Assembly: GCA_963840035.1 (NCBI GenBank)
Contig: CAWIXE010000002.1
Location: forward strand, 448,001 to 512,000
Direction of reading: 5' to 3'
Source of the DNA: a candidate division FCPU426 bacterium
GTDB lineage: Bacteria > Oederibacteriota > PGYV01 > Palsa-1178
DNA length: 64,000 nucleotides
Part shown: piece by piece, positions 41,964 to 51,168 of the stretch
Numbering within the stretch: position 1 is the first letter of the stretch
Layout of the letters: each line of letters opens with the position of its first letter
Notes under the pieces: model-generated
Databases searched by the model: none
The model's input: the letters and a program-made list of their open reading frames with translations, nothing else
What the model was told of the DNA's origin: nothing
Program-made: the position numbers and the translations under genes

Positions 41964-42497
41964 ATGGTTTTAGGGGAATATACGGAGCAGAGCAATCAGG
42001 ACTGTATCAAGCTGAAATTATCCAGGGATGACCTGAATAAGATATGGAAAAGGTGCGGCCTGACAGCGGATTACAGCGCTAACTATGTCTCCACTTATTT
42101 TGAAAACAAGAAGGAGATAGAAAATTCCGCTTCTACTATTTTAAATGAGCTTATAGAGAACGCGGCTAAGTATTCGGCTAACCGTGAAAATGATATTGAA
42201 ATAGATGTGGCTGTATACAGGAACTCCGTGGTTTTTGAGGTCAATAACTATGTTGATTCAGAGGCGTTCTACTCATTCAGGGATTTTGTCACAAAAATAA
42301 TCGAAAGCGATGACATTGACGCGGCTTATTTTGAAGCGTTAAGGAGCCTTAATGGCGCCGATAAGGAAAAGTCAGGCATAGGGCTCCTGACAATAATGAG
42401 CTTTTTTAAGCTTAAACTCGGCATGAAATTTGAAAATTCGGAAAACAACCATGATTATAAGGTTTCTGTCCAGGCAGCAATGCCGGTTGGCAGGTGA
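41964..42497 (+). CDS. Anti-sigma-factor-like kinase (SiaB/slr1658-like)
   Basis: N-box NELIENAAKY; SGIGLLT. Confidence 0.8.
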   Translation: MVLGEYTEQSNQDCIKLKLSRDDLNKIWKRCGLTADYSANYVSTYFENKKEIENSASTILNELIENAAKYSANRENDIEIDVAVYRNSVVFEVNNYVDSEAFYSFRDFVTKIIESDDIDAAYFEALRSLNGADKEKSGIGLLTIMSFFKLKLGMKFENSENNHDYKVSVQAAMPVGR

Positions 42498-42501
42498 CGA
42501 T

Positions 42502-42885
42502 ATGCAGATAAACGGCGACGGATACAATATAGTGTTCGATGACGGCAGCAATACCGTGAATTTTAAAGGTTCGCTCAGGCTGGAGAATATGGGCGAGTAT
42601 AACAATATAGAGAAGTTCCTGCTCGACATTCATGAGCTGAACCTTCCGTACCTTAACCTGGATTTTAAGGATGTGGAGTTCTTAAACAGTTCGGGGATAG
42701 CCATGCTCTGCAGGTTCATCATGGACGTAAAGAAGATAAACAAAATGCCGGTAATTGTCACGGGAAATGAAAATATTCTATGGCAGAAAAAGTCTTTTTC
42801 AAACCTGAAAATGCTCTGGGACAAGGTGGAGGTCAGGTTTGCCGGCGGCGGAGATGATAATAATGTTACAAAACGAGCATTCTGA
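42502..42885 (+). CDS. STAS-like anti-anti-sigma protein (SiaC/slr1659-like)
   Basis: FKGSLRL; LDF..VEFLNSSGI phospho-Ser motif; WQKKS..NL. Confidence 0.8.
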   Translation: MQINGDGYNIVFDDGSNTVNFKGSLRLENMGEYNNIEKFLLDIHELNLPYLNLDFKDVEFLNSSGIAMLCRFIMDVKKINKMPVIVTGNENILWQKKSFSNLKMLWDKVEVRFAGGGDDNNVTKRAF

Positions 42886-43513
42886 AAAGGTAAACCCTTC
42901 AAAGCTTGAGCGCGATATCAGGTGCCTTCAGCGGGAAAACGATGAGCTAAAGCTTATGTATGATACCGTGGTAAAGCACGCTACGTCTCTTGAAAATGAC
43001 CTGGAACGCAGGATGCGTGAAGTCACATATCTGTCGGTCACGGACAGCCTCACAGGGGTCTATAACAGGCGCAAATTCAACCAGTGCCTCGTTTACGAGG
43101 TAGACAGCGCGAGGGCGCAGGACAGGGAACTGTCCCTAATCATATATGATGTTGATATTTTTAAAAAAATTAATGACACATACGGCCACGATTACGGCGA
43201 TTTCATACTGCTTACCATTACGAACATAGTCCGCGAGACCATTACCGGGGCTGATATCATAGCGCGCTGGGGCGGAGATGAGTTTACCATATTGATGCCT
43301 GGAAAATCACTTGAAAAAGCGGCGGCCGCGGCCGAAGAAATCAGGAAAAAGATTTATGGCGTCTACTTTGACGCGGCTGAAACAATATCGTGCAGTTTCG
43401 GAGTGTCGTCGCTTAAAACAGCGGACGATTTTAAAAGTTTTGTTGTCAGGGCTGACATGGCCCTGTATGAGGCAAAGAATTCAGGAAGGAATTGCGTAAA
43501 ATCCCTGGAATAA
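42863..43513 (+). CDS. Diguanylate cyclase (coiled coil plus GGDEF, SiaD-like)
   Basis: DSLTG, FKKINDTYGH, RWGGDEF; no RxxD I-site (TGAD). Confidence 0.92.
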   Translation: MLQNEHSEKVNPSKLERDIRCLQRENDELKLMYDTVVKHATSLENDLERRMREVTYLSVTDSLTGVYNRRKFNQCLVYEVDSARAQDRELSLIIYDVDIFKKINDTYGHDYGDFILLTITNIVRETITGADIIARWGGDEFTILMPGKSLEKAAAAAEEIRKKIYGVYFDAAETISCSFGVSSLKTADDFKSFVVRADMALYEAKNSGRNCVKSLE

Positions 43514-43545
43514 AAACCCGCCACCGGCCCGGCAAATATGCCGTC

Positions 43546-43574
43546 TTGACTTTGAAAATCCGCTAACTTATAAT
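43546..43574 (+). promoter_or_regulatory. Sigma70-type promoter
   Basis: TTGACT-17 nt-TATAAT upstream of the feoB-like ORF. Confidence 0.7.
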
Positions 43575-43611
43575 AAATCACTGACTAATAAAATCATAAG
43601 GAAGTGAATTT

Positions 43612-44850
43612 TTGCCTGTACCTGAAATTAAAGGGAAGTTCTCTCCGAAAGAAAAACACATAGTAAGCGTGGCTTTAGACAGGCTTTTAACCGGCCCCGT
43701 GACCGGACTTCCTCTCTTTCTTTTTGCCATATTCCTGGTTTTTAAGCTCTCTTTTGGGCTCGGGCAGCCTGTTTCAAATCTTATCGGTGCGCTGTTCGCG
43801 TGGTTTGCTGATATGCTTATGGGCCTCGTGCACCGTTATAATGGGCCGGTCATTCTTGAGTCTCTGATTCATGACGGCTTAGTCGGAGGTGTCGGTTCGG
43901 TGGCAATGTTCATTCCAAATATAGCCATCATGTTCTTCCTTATCGCCGCGCTTGAAGACTGCGGATACATGACAAGGGCTTCAATGATAATGGATAAATA
44001 CATGCACAGGGTGGGGCTGCACGGCAGTTCGTTCATGCCGCTTATGCTCGGGTTCGGCTGCAACGTGCCGGCTATAATGGAAGCCGCCAAACTTAAGGAA
44101 AAAAAGGACAGGCTTGTCACGATGCTTGTGATACCCTTCATGTCATGTTCGGCAAGGCTCCCGGTGTATATGCTTTTCGCCTCGGTTTTCTTTGATTTTA
44201 AATACAGGGCGTTTATCGTATGGGTTATGTATATGCTCGGGGTCATCGCGGGAGGCATAACGGCAAGACTGTTCAGCATTATGGTTTTTAAAAAGGACAG
44301 GGAACTCATAAAAAGGGATATACCCGATTACAGATGGCCGAGGTTTTCCAGGATGGTTTCGAATATGTGGTTCGGCGCTAAAAGCTACATGATGAAAGTG
44401 ATTACTATCATATTAGGCGGCTCTATAATCATCTGGCTGCTCGGAAATTTCCCGCTGGGCGTGCAGTATGCGTCTGAAAAAAGCCTCATTGGCATGATAG
44501 GCCGGTTCGTTGCCCCCATACTTGTTCCGGCCGGATTCGGTTTTTGGCAGGCGGGTGTTTCACTTATTACCGGAGTAATGGCAAAGGAGATAGTTGTGTC
44601 AACATTTGGGACCATCGTAGGGTCGGGAAGCGGAGGCACAGCCGAAGGCCTGAAAATGCTATTTACGCCGCTTTCCGCTTTTTCATTCATGATTTTTACC
44701 CTGTTATACACGCCTTGCCTCGGAGCTCTTGCCGTATTAAGAAAAGAAGGCGGCACAAAATGGATGGCGCTTGTTACTGCTTATACTTTCTCCGTTGCCT
44801 GGCTTTCGTCGGTAGCCGTTTACCAGATTGGCCGGTTATTTATTAAATAA
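43612..44850 (+). CDS. FeoB-like membrane domain (Gate domains) without the N-terminal GTPase
   Basis: LEDCGYM.R, GFGCNVPAIM, PFMSCSARLPVY, AKEIVV, LLYTPC; no G1 motif upstream. Confidence 0.85.
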   Translation: MPVPEIKGKFSPKEKHIVSVALDRLLTGPVTGLPLFLFAIFLVFKLSFGLGQPVSNLIGALFAWFADMLMGLVHRYNGPVILESLIHDGLVGGVGSVAMFIPNIAIMFFLIAALEDCGYMTRASMIMDKYMHRVGLHGSSFMPLMLGFGCNVPAIMEAAKLKEKKDRLVTMLVIPFMSCSARLPVYMLFASVFFDFKYRAFIVWVMYMLGVIAGGITARLFSIMVFKKDRELIKRDIPDYRWPRFSRMVSNMWFGAKSYMMKVITIILGGSIIIWLLGNFPLGVQYASEKSLIGMIGRFVAPILVPAGFGFWQAGVSLITGVMAKEIVVSTFGTIVGSGSGGTAEGLKMLFTPLSAFSFMIFTLLYTPCLGALAVLRKEGGTKWMALVTAYTFSVAWLSSVAVYQIGRLFIK

Positions 44851-44880
44851 AGACATGTAATTTTTTAATCAAACCCGCAC

Positions 44881-44909
44881 TTGAAACCTTTATTAAAATA
44901 GGGTAATAT
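44881..44909 (+). promoter_or_regulatory. Sigma70-type promoter of the ior/paaK operon
   Basis: TTGAAA-17 nt-TAATAT. Confidence 0.5.
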
Positions 44910-44949
44910 AATTCCGTTAATTAAATTCATCATATAAATATGGAGAAAA

Positions 44950-45018
44950 ATGAAAACCATGAATATGCTTGTGGTCGGCCCTTCTACAGGCTCAGGGCAA
45001 ATGGGAATATGCGTATGA
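44950..45018 (+). CDS. Putative 22-aa leader ORF: duplicated IorB N-terminus plus mini-element, coupled to iorB
   Basis: RBS GGAG 44942; [25 protein letters not shown] overlaps the iorB ATG (ATGA). Confidence 0.5.
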   Translation: MKTMNMLVVGPSTGSGQMGICV

Positions 45019-45593
45019 AGACTATTAATATTTTAGTGGTCGGCGTCGGCGGGCAGGGTGTGGTGGCGGCGTCAGATATAATCTCGGACATGGCGCTTTC
45101 AAAAGGGTTTGACGTAAAAAAATCCGAGATACACGGCATGTCCCAGAGGGGCGGAGTTGTCTCCAGTTATGTAAGGTTCGGGGAGAGAGTGTCATCGCCA
45201 TTGCCGTCCGGAAACGACATAGACTATATACTTTCTTTTGAGGAAATGGAAGCGCTGCGCGCGGCAGGTTCCATGAATAGGGATACAAAAGTAATCATAA
45301 ATACTCACAGGATAAAGCCGGCGTCCATGGCAATCACCAAACAGGAATACCCTGATGTTAAAGTCCTCTTAAAGCATGAAAAATCCTATTTCCTGGAAGC
45401 TACACAAGAGGCGGAAAAACTTGGAAATGAAAAAGTGGTTAACAGCCTCATGGTCGGCGCGCTCTGCGCGTTCCTTGATTTTTCCGAGGAGGATTTTAAG
45501 GCGGCGCTGGCAAAAAGGGTGAAAAAATTCATCGATGAGAATATAGCGGCTTTTAAAAAAGGGAAGGAACTGGTGAAAAATTATGTTCTATAG
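45015..45593 (+). CDS. iorB: Indolepyruvate ferredoxin oxidoreductase beta subunit
   Basis: [21 protein letters not shown]. Confidence 0.93.
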   Translation: MKTINILVVGVGGQGVVAASDIISDMALSKGFDVKKSEIHGMSQRGGVVSSYVRFGERVSSPLPSGNDIDYILSFEEMEALRAAGSMNRDTKVIINTHRIKPASMAITKQEYPDVKVLLKHEKSYFLEATQEAEKLGNEKVVNSLMVGALCAFLDFSEEDFKAALAKRVKKFIDENIAAFKKGKELVKNYVL

Positions 45594-46881
45594 CAAAGAA
45601 GAATCCATGTCGAGGGAAGACCTGAAGAAACTGCAGTCTGAAAGGCTTATAAAGACCGTAAACAGGGTATATGATAACGTGGACTTTTATAAGAAAAAAT
45701 TTGATGAGGCGGGCGTAAAGCCGTCTGATATCAGGTCCGTTGACGACCTTCATAAACTGCCATTCACGACAAAGCAGGACCTAAGGGATAATTATCCGTA
45801 CGGGCTTTTTGCAGCGCCCATGAAAGATATTGTAAGGATCCACGCGTCATCTGGCACCACGGGCAAGATGACCGTGGTCAGCTACACAAAAAATGATATC
45901 GATGTCTGGTCAGAGCTCATTGCCAGGTGCCTGTCAATGGCCGGCGCCACGAGCGCGGATATTATTCATAACGGCTACGGGTACGGACTTTTTACCGGAG
46001 GGCTGGGCGTCCATTACGGCGCTGAAAAGCTAGGCGCCACAGTAATACCCGTTTCCGGGGGGAATTCACAGCGGCAGATAAAGATCATGCAGGATTTTGG
46101 ATCGACAATACTCACGTGCACGCCTTCATACGCCTTAAATCTCGCTGAAACAATGAAGGAAATGGGTGTCACACCCAAAGACATAAAACTCAAAGCAGGC
46201 CTTTTTGGCGCTGAGCCATGGTCTGAGAACATGAGGCGCGATATTGAAAAGCTCTGGGGCATAGACGCGCTGGATATTTATGGGTTAAGCGAGATAATGG
46301 GGCCGGGCGTGGCAAATGAGTGCCTTGAAAAGAAGGGTCTGCACGTATTTGAGGACCATTTTATACCTGAGATTATAGACAAAGAAACAGGGAAGGTGCT
46401 TCCCCCTGGGCAGCCCGGAGAGCTTGTTTTCACAACCATTACAAAAGAAGGCATTCCACTGATAAGGTACCGCACAAAAGATATTACGCGCATGATACCT
46501 GAAAAATGCAAATGCGGCAGGACTTTTAACAGGATGGAACGTCTCTCAGGCCGGACCGATGACATGCTTATAATAAGGGGCGTTAATGTTTTCCCGTCGG
46601 AAATCGAGATGGTAATAATGTCCATAGAAGGCGTGGAACCGCATTACCAGATTATTATAGACAGGGCCGAGCACGGGCTTGATACGCTGGAAGTTCAGGT
46701 GGAAGTCAATGAGAAGCTCTTCTCGGACGAGATAAAGGCGCTTGAGGCCATAGAGCGTAAAATTGAAAAAGAGATTAATTCGGTTCTGGGGATCGGCGTA
46801 AAAGTTAAACTGGTTGAGCCGAGGTCAATACCGAGAAGCGAAGGCAAAGCAAAGAGGATAATAGATAAGAGGAAAATATAG
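45583..46881 (+). CDS. paaK: Phenylacetate--CoA ligase
   Basis: [45 protein letters not shown]. Confidence 0.95.
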   Translation: MFYSKEESMSREDLKKLQSERLIKTVNRVYDNVDFYKKKFDEAGVKPSDIRSVDDLHKLPFTTKQDLRDNYPYGLFAAPMKDIVRIHASSGTTGKMTVVSYTKNDIDVWSELIARCLSMAGATSADIIHNGYGYGLFTGGLGVHYGAEKLGATVIPVSGGNSQRQIKIMQDFGSTILTCTPSYALNLAETMKEMGVTPKDIKLKAGLFGAEPWSENMRRDIEKLWGIDALDIYGLSEIMGPGVANECLEKKGLHVFEDHFIPEIIDKETGKVLPPGQPGELVFTTITKEGIPLIRYRTKDITRMIPEKCKCGRTFNRMERLSGRTDDMLIIRGVNVFPSEIEMVIMSIEGVEPHYQIIIDRAEHGLDTLEVQVEVNEKLFSDEIKALEAIERKIEKEINSVLGIGVKVKLVEPRSIPRSEGKAKRIIDKRKI

Positions 46882-46884
46882 ATC

Positions 46885-46965
46885 AATTTAAAACTTGAAA
46901 TTGAAAACTGAAAGTGGGTTCGTTCTACGGTTCAACTTTTAGTTTTAAGTTTTCAGTTTCAAGTT
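46885..46965. repeat. Heptamer inverted array, family C variant
   Basis: aatttaa aacttga aattgaa aactgaa ... ttcaact tttagtt ttaagtt ttcagtt tcaagtt. Confidence 0.85.
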
Positions 46966-46980
46966 AAAACGGAGGTTCAA

Positions 46981-47406
46981 ATGAAGATAGTCCAGTTATC
47001 GGTTTTTATTGAGAACAAGGAAGGCCGTCTTGCGGACATTATAGGCGTCCTGGCTGACGCAAATATAAACATACGGGCGCTTTCACTGGCGGATACGGCT
47101 GATTTTGGGGTATTACGCATGATAGTGGACACCCCGGCGGCCGCCATTGAAGCCCTGAAAAAGAAGTCAATTATGGTCAAGACCACGGATATTATCGCGG
47201 TGGAAGTCGAGGATAAACCGGGAGGGCTTGAAAAGGTCCTTAAGGTATTTAAAAATGAAGGTATAAATATTGAATATATGTACGCGTTTGTGGAAAAGAA
47301 TAACAGCAACGCGGTGCTTGTTTTCAGGGTGGAAAACCCTGACGCGGCATTAGGGAAGCTCAATGGCGTTAAAGTGCTGAAAGCTGAGGACGTGTATAAT
47401 ATATAA
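46981..47406 (+). CDS. Tandem ACT-domain protein
   Basis: QLSVFIENKEGRL, ADTADFG, DKPGGL, NIEYMY; typical paaK/ior neighbour. Confidence 0.92.
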   Translation: MKIVQLSVFIENKEGRLADIIGVLADANINIRALSLADTADFGVLRMIVDTPAAAIEALKKKSIMVKTTDIIAVEVEDKPGGLEKVLKVFKNEGINIEYMYAFVEKNNSNAVLVFRVENPDAALGKLNGVKVLKAEDVYNI

Positions 47407-47407
47407 G

Positions 47408-47566
47408 GCGTTCGGAGTTCGGAGGGTGGGGTTCGGAGTTAGGCGTTTGAAGTTCGGAAGTGGTGTCCGGAGTTTGTAGTTGTACGGTTCGAACTCCGAA
47501 CTCCGAACTCCGAACTCCGAACTCCGAACTCCGAACTCCGAACTCTACCCTCCACCCTTCGAACGC
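47408..47566. repeat. Longest heptamer inverted array, family B
   Basis: About 10 GTTCGGA-like units on the left; right arm has 7 perfect TCCGAAC (47495-47543) plus tctaccc tccaccc ttcgaac gc. Confidence 0.95.
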
Positions 47567-47588
47567 ACTAAAACAATGGAGATGCTGA

Positions 47589-49157
47589 ATGACTGAAAAG
47601 AAACTTTTATCCGGGGACGAGGCCATAGCGCTTGGCGCTTATGAAGCCGGCATATACGCGGGATTTGGATATCCCGGAACGCCTTCAACGGAGATACTTG
47701 AGAATTTTTCCCGATATAAGGGAATATACGCGGAATGGTCCATAAATGAAAAGGTGGCCCTGGAAGCGGCGACAGGCGCTTCGCTCGGCGGCGTCCGGGC
47801 CATGTGCACGATGAAACACGTGGGATTGAACGTTGCCATGGACGCTTTTGTTACCCTGGCTTATACGGGAATAAACGGCGGGCTTGTAGTGGTTAACGCC
47901 GATGACCCGGGAATGCATTCATCACAGAACGAACAGGACAACAGGTACCTTGGCAAATTCGCTTACGTGCCGGTGGTTGAGCCTTCATCATCGCAGGAAG
48001 CAAGGGATTTTATGAAAGACGCCGTGGAAATAAGCGAGAAGTTCGATTTGCCGGTGCTCTTCAGGATAACCACAAGGATAGCCCATTCAAAAAGCGTCGT
48101 TTCATATGACCCGGCGTTTAAACCGGATTTTCCAAAGAAAAAAATGGACGTGCCATGGGACAAATACGTAATGATGCCGTTAAACGCGAAAAAACGGCGT
48201 GTTGTGCTTGTCGATAAATACGCGAAACTGAAGAAATTCGCTGAAGAAACAAAACTTAATAAAGCTGAGATGGCTGAAACGGATTTTGGTTTTATTACGT
48301 CGGGAGTGGCTTATGAGTATGTGAAGGAAGTTTTTCCCGGCAAATCAGTGTTTAAGCTTGGCCTGCTGAATCCATTGCCTTTAAACAAAATCAGGGAATT
48401 CTGCGCGAAGGTAGGTAAAGTATATGTTGTTGAAGAACTCGAACCGTATATCGAGGATTATCTGAAAGCCGAAGGAATAAAGGTTGAAGGCAAATCGGTT
48501 TTCCCGTTAATTGACGAACTTTCGCCGGACATAATAAGGGAATCTTTTAATAAAGCAAACGGTATTGCAATTGAAAATTCAAAATTCAAAATTGAAAATT
48601 CTGCAGTTCCTTCCCGTCCACCGTCTTTGTGCGCTGACTGCGGCCACCGCGGGGTGTTTAAGGTTATTAATGAACTGGGCCTGCTCGCCATGGGCGACAT
48701 AGGATGCTACACGCTGGGCGCGTTGCCTCCGTTTTCAGCGATGAACACATGCATAGACATGGGCGCGGGAATTAACCACGCGTACGGGGCCGAGCGCGCC
48801 GGCGAATCGCCTGAAAAGGTTGTGGCGGTGATAGGGGACTCAACATTCATGCACTCGGGCATTACCGGCATGGCAAACATGGTATATAACGGCGGCAATA
48901 CAATGACCATTATCCTGGATAACAGGACTACCGCCATGACAGGAAGGCAGCCGCATGCCGCGGCAGGGAAAACCCTGATGGGGAAAGAGGCATACAACAT
49001 AGACCTGGAGAAACTACTGGAAAGCCTCGGGGTTCAGCACGTGGCGGTCATTGACCCGTTTAAGATGAAGGAGCTAAAAGAACTAATTCAGGATTATCTG
49101 AAGAAAAAGGGTGTTAAAGTTATAATCGCAAGGCGCGAATGCGCGCTGTTAAAATAG
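47589..49157 (+). CDS. iorA: Indolepyruvate ferredoxin oxidoreductase alpha subunit
   Basis: GYPGTPSTE, NEKVALE, MKHVGLNVA, SSQNEQD, RPPSLCADC, GDIGCY, GDSTFMHSG; lacks a C-terminal ferredoxin domain. Confidence 0.95.
   Translation: MTEKKLLSGDEAIALGAYEAGIYAGFGYPGTPSTEILENFSRYKGIYAEWSINEKVALEAATGASLGGVRAMCTMKHVGLNVAMDAFVTLAYTGINGGLVVVNADDPGMHSSQNEQDNRYLGKFAYVPVVEPSSSQEARDFMKDAVEISEKFDLPVLFRITTRIAHSKSVVSYDPAFKPDFPKKKMDVPWDKYVMMPLNAKKRRVVLVDKYAKLKKFAEETKLNKAEMAETDFGFITSGVAYEYVKEVFPGKSVFKLGLLNPLPLNKIREFCAKVGKVYVVEELEPYIEDYLKAEGIKVEGKSVFPLIDELSPDIIRESFNKANGIAIENSKFKIENSAVPSRPPSLCADCGHRGVFKVINELGLLAMGDIGCYTLGALPPFSAMNTCIDMGAGINHAYGAERAGESPEKVVAVIGDSTFMHSGITGMANMVYNGGNTMTIILDNRTTAMTGRQPHAAAGKTLMGKEAYNIDLEKLLESLGVQHVAVIDPFKMKELKELIQDYLKKKGVKVIIARRECALLK
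48568..48600 (+). repeat. Family-C heptamer array inside iorA
   Basis: c aattgaa aattcaa aattcaa aattgaa aatt; translated as IENSKFKIEN. Confidence 0.8.
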
Positions 49158-49186
49158 CGGGTAGTGAGTGGCGGGCAGTGGGTAGC
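49155..49186. repeat. Family-A heptamer left arm
   Basis: tagcggg tagtgag tggcggg cagtggg tagc, starting on the iorA TAG. Confidence 0.75.
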
Positions 49187-49250
49187 ATTCAAACAATTCA
49201 AGCGGTTTCAGGGCGGATGTGTTATAATGTTTAAAACAAAGGAGGGACCA

Positions 49251-49622
49251 ATGAAAAAAATAATCGTGGTTTTGACTTTGCTTGCTTTTGTTTTTTCCTT
49301 TGCCGGCTGCGCGACAACATCCACAATATCAAATCCCACTAAATCTGACCTTAAAAGAATTGAAAAAGAAAACAACTATAATATGATAATGGGCCTTTCA
49401 TCATTCGGCGGATTTATTATAGGCGGAGTAGCCGGGCTTATAGCCGGGCCTGAAAACGGAAAGATCGTTTCTATGATAAGTTACGGGCTAGGCGGCGCGG
49501 TACTTGGCCTTGGCGGCGGTTATGTGATTACCCAGACAATGCGAAGCAATGAAGATAAAGTTGATAATTCAAAAGCAGACCAGTATTTCAGGGATTATAA
49601 GAATATACAGGGAAAAGATTAA
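49251..49622 (+). CDS. Glycine-zipper lipoprotein
   Basis: RBS AAGGAGG; lipobox FAGC; GxxxG-rich hydrophobic hairpin. Confidence 0.78.
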   Translation: MKKIIVVLTLLAFVFSFAGCATTSTISNPTKSDLKRIEKENNYNMIMGLSSFGGFIIGGVAGLIAGPENGKIVSMISYGLGGAVLGLGGGYVITQTMRSNEDKVDNSKADQYFRDYKNIQGKD

Positions 49623-49647
49623 GTAATAAGTGATAGGTAATAAGTCA
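49620..49647. repeat. Heptamer array (TAAGTRA)
   Basis: taagtaa taagtga taggtaa taagtca, starting on the stop codon; partial complement ttacttatta at 49708-49717. Confidence 0.7.
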
Positions 49648-49876
49648 GAATTGAAGCAAAGGCGTAACCTATAACCATCCTACCAAATGTCGCTTGAAAT
49701 CAACGATTTACTTATTATGTCCCTCCTGGCACATAATAATGCACCTTTTAGGACGTGTATAATGTCAGATATTTTGTAAACTCTAACAAAATAAGGCTTA
49801 TTATATTGGCATGCATAGTGCTTATATTTAAACGTCGGGAAAGTGGACAGATTAAAATAAAACTCGGCGGTGGCAT

Positions 49877-50269
49877 ATGTTTCCTGACTATATCGAGCAA
49901 ATGTATAATGACAAGTTTGGCACAAAAATCAACATGACGGCAGACGTCCTGTACAAAGTGTTAAGGCGCGACGACAGGGAAATGCACGGGCTAAATAAGG
50001 TGGCGCAGCTTACGTGCCTTTATTCACGGGGAATGACAATGCGGATGAAGGAATTTGTAAGGGACGGGGACGCAATGTTAGTTGAGATACATTTTGAGGA
50101 TAACGGGGTAAAAAAGGTTCTGAAATCGTGCTGCGGCATCTTAAACTGCGAAGAATCTGACAAAGAAAAATCCATATATGAGACAGACGTTGAATTCCTT
50201 ATATTGAAAGACCCTGACAGGGATTTTATTGACAGGTTTATTTCAGAGAAATCAAAAATAGCTGTATAA
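49877..50269 (+). CDS. Hypothetical protein, possibly a degenerate PilZ fold
   Basis: C-terminus ETDVEFLILKDPDRDFIDRFI resembles PilZ ends; canonical RxxxR and DxSxxG motifs absent. Confidence 0.55.
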   Translation: MFPDYIEQMYNDKFGTKINMTADVLYKVLRRDDREMHGLNKVAQLTCLYSRGMTMRMKEFVRDGDAMLVEIHFEDNGVKKVLKSCCGILNCEESDKEKSIYETDVEFLILKDPDRDFIDRFISEKSKIAV

Positions 50270-50340
50270 AAATAGTCTCACACCGGCACCTCGAGGGCAG
50301 GTTACACACCCCCAAAAGCCTGCCCTCGGACTTTAAAGGC

Positions 50341-50446
50341 AGTCACAAGTCCCAAATTACAAATCCCAAAGAAGAAACGGCAAGTTCTCCTTTGGGATCT
50401 GTGATTTGGGATTTGTGATTGTAGTTATGATTTGGGACTTGTGATT
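50341..50446. repeat. Heptamer inverted array, family F (ARTCMCA/TGKGAYT)
   Basis: agtcaca agtccca aattaca aatccca ... tgggatc tgtgatt tgggatt tgtgatt ... tatgatt tgggact tgtgatt. Confidence 0.9.
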
Positions 50447-50494
50447 GGTTTTTTCTTGTTGTATAATAATAAAAATCAATCAGGAGGATATTAA

Positions 50495-51079
50495 ATGAAA
50501 AAATTAGTGTTTGCGTTAATACTTGTTTTTGCGGCGGGAATGGTATTTGCCAATGATATTGCGTCCCCGGAGAAAGTGACCTATACCGTAGGCGAGAAAA
50601 CTATCATTGTTTATGACCCTGTAAAGCATACTGAAACAGCTTCAAATGTATTCATGCTCTGGGGCGGATTATCAACCGCGGCAGGTATTCCCACGATGTT
50701 TTCCAGGGACACAGTCACAAGAAGCGTCGGAATTGGGATGCTTACGTATGGAGTTGTGGAAACCGCAATGGCCATTTATAACATAAACTGGGGTACAAAA
50801 ATAACCGACCCTGAAAAAGCAAGGACGGCAATGATAGAAAAGTCAGGGCTTTCGTCTATTCTCGGGCTTGTGCAATTTGCCGGCGGAGGTTTGATCGCTA
50901 TATTTGGAAGCGACGACCTGAAAGGATACGGAATTGCCATGGCCATACAGGGCGGTTTCTTTTCCATAAATGACGGCTTAAATTATTTCATATCAAAGGA
51001 CCCCGGCACAGTCCGCGACTGGCAGACAGACACCACATACAGGGTCCGCCTCGCTTCCATGGATTTTTACGGAAAATAA
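50495..51079 (+). CDS. Hypothetical exported/membrane protein
   Basis: RBS AGGAGG; signal peptide; four Gly-rich hydrophobic segments. Confidence 0.75.
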   Translation: MKKLVFALILVFAAGMVFANDIASPEKVTYTVGEKTIIVYDPVKHTETASNVFMLWGGLSTAAGIPTMFSRDTVTRSVGIGMLTYGVVETAMAIYNINWGTKITDPEKARTAMIEKSGLSSILGLVQFAGGGLIAIFGSDDLKGYGIAMAIQGGFFSINDGLNYFISKDPGTVRDWQTDTTYRVRLASMDFYGK

Positions 51080-51117
51080 CTATTATTGACGATTAACCAT
51101 TGTTAATTGCCAATTAA

Positions 51118-51162
51118 ATAAACACAAAACCGCCTGCGATTAACAGGCGGTTTTGTGTTTAT
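51118..51162. terminator. Bidirectional intrinsic terminator
   Basis: Perfect 19-bp stem ataaacacaaaaccgcctg-cgattaa-caggcggttttgtgtttat. Confidence 0.85.
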
Positions 51163-51168
51163 AGGACC

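Noticed and set aside
47408..47566. Possible CRISPR array
   Set aside because: 7-nt tandem units without unique spacers; no cas genes.
16908..47566. Heptamer hairpins as integron attC sites (GTTAGGC at 47438 fits GTTRRRY)
   Set aside because: Family B runs GTT...AAC, the reverse of attC order (RYYYAAC...GTTRRRY). It is tandemly periodic, sits between core genes, and no integrase is present.
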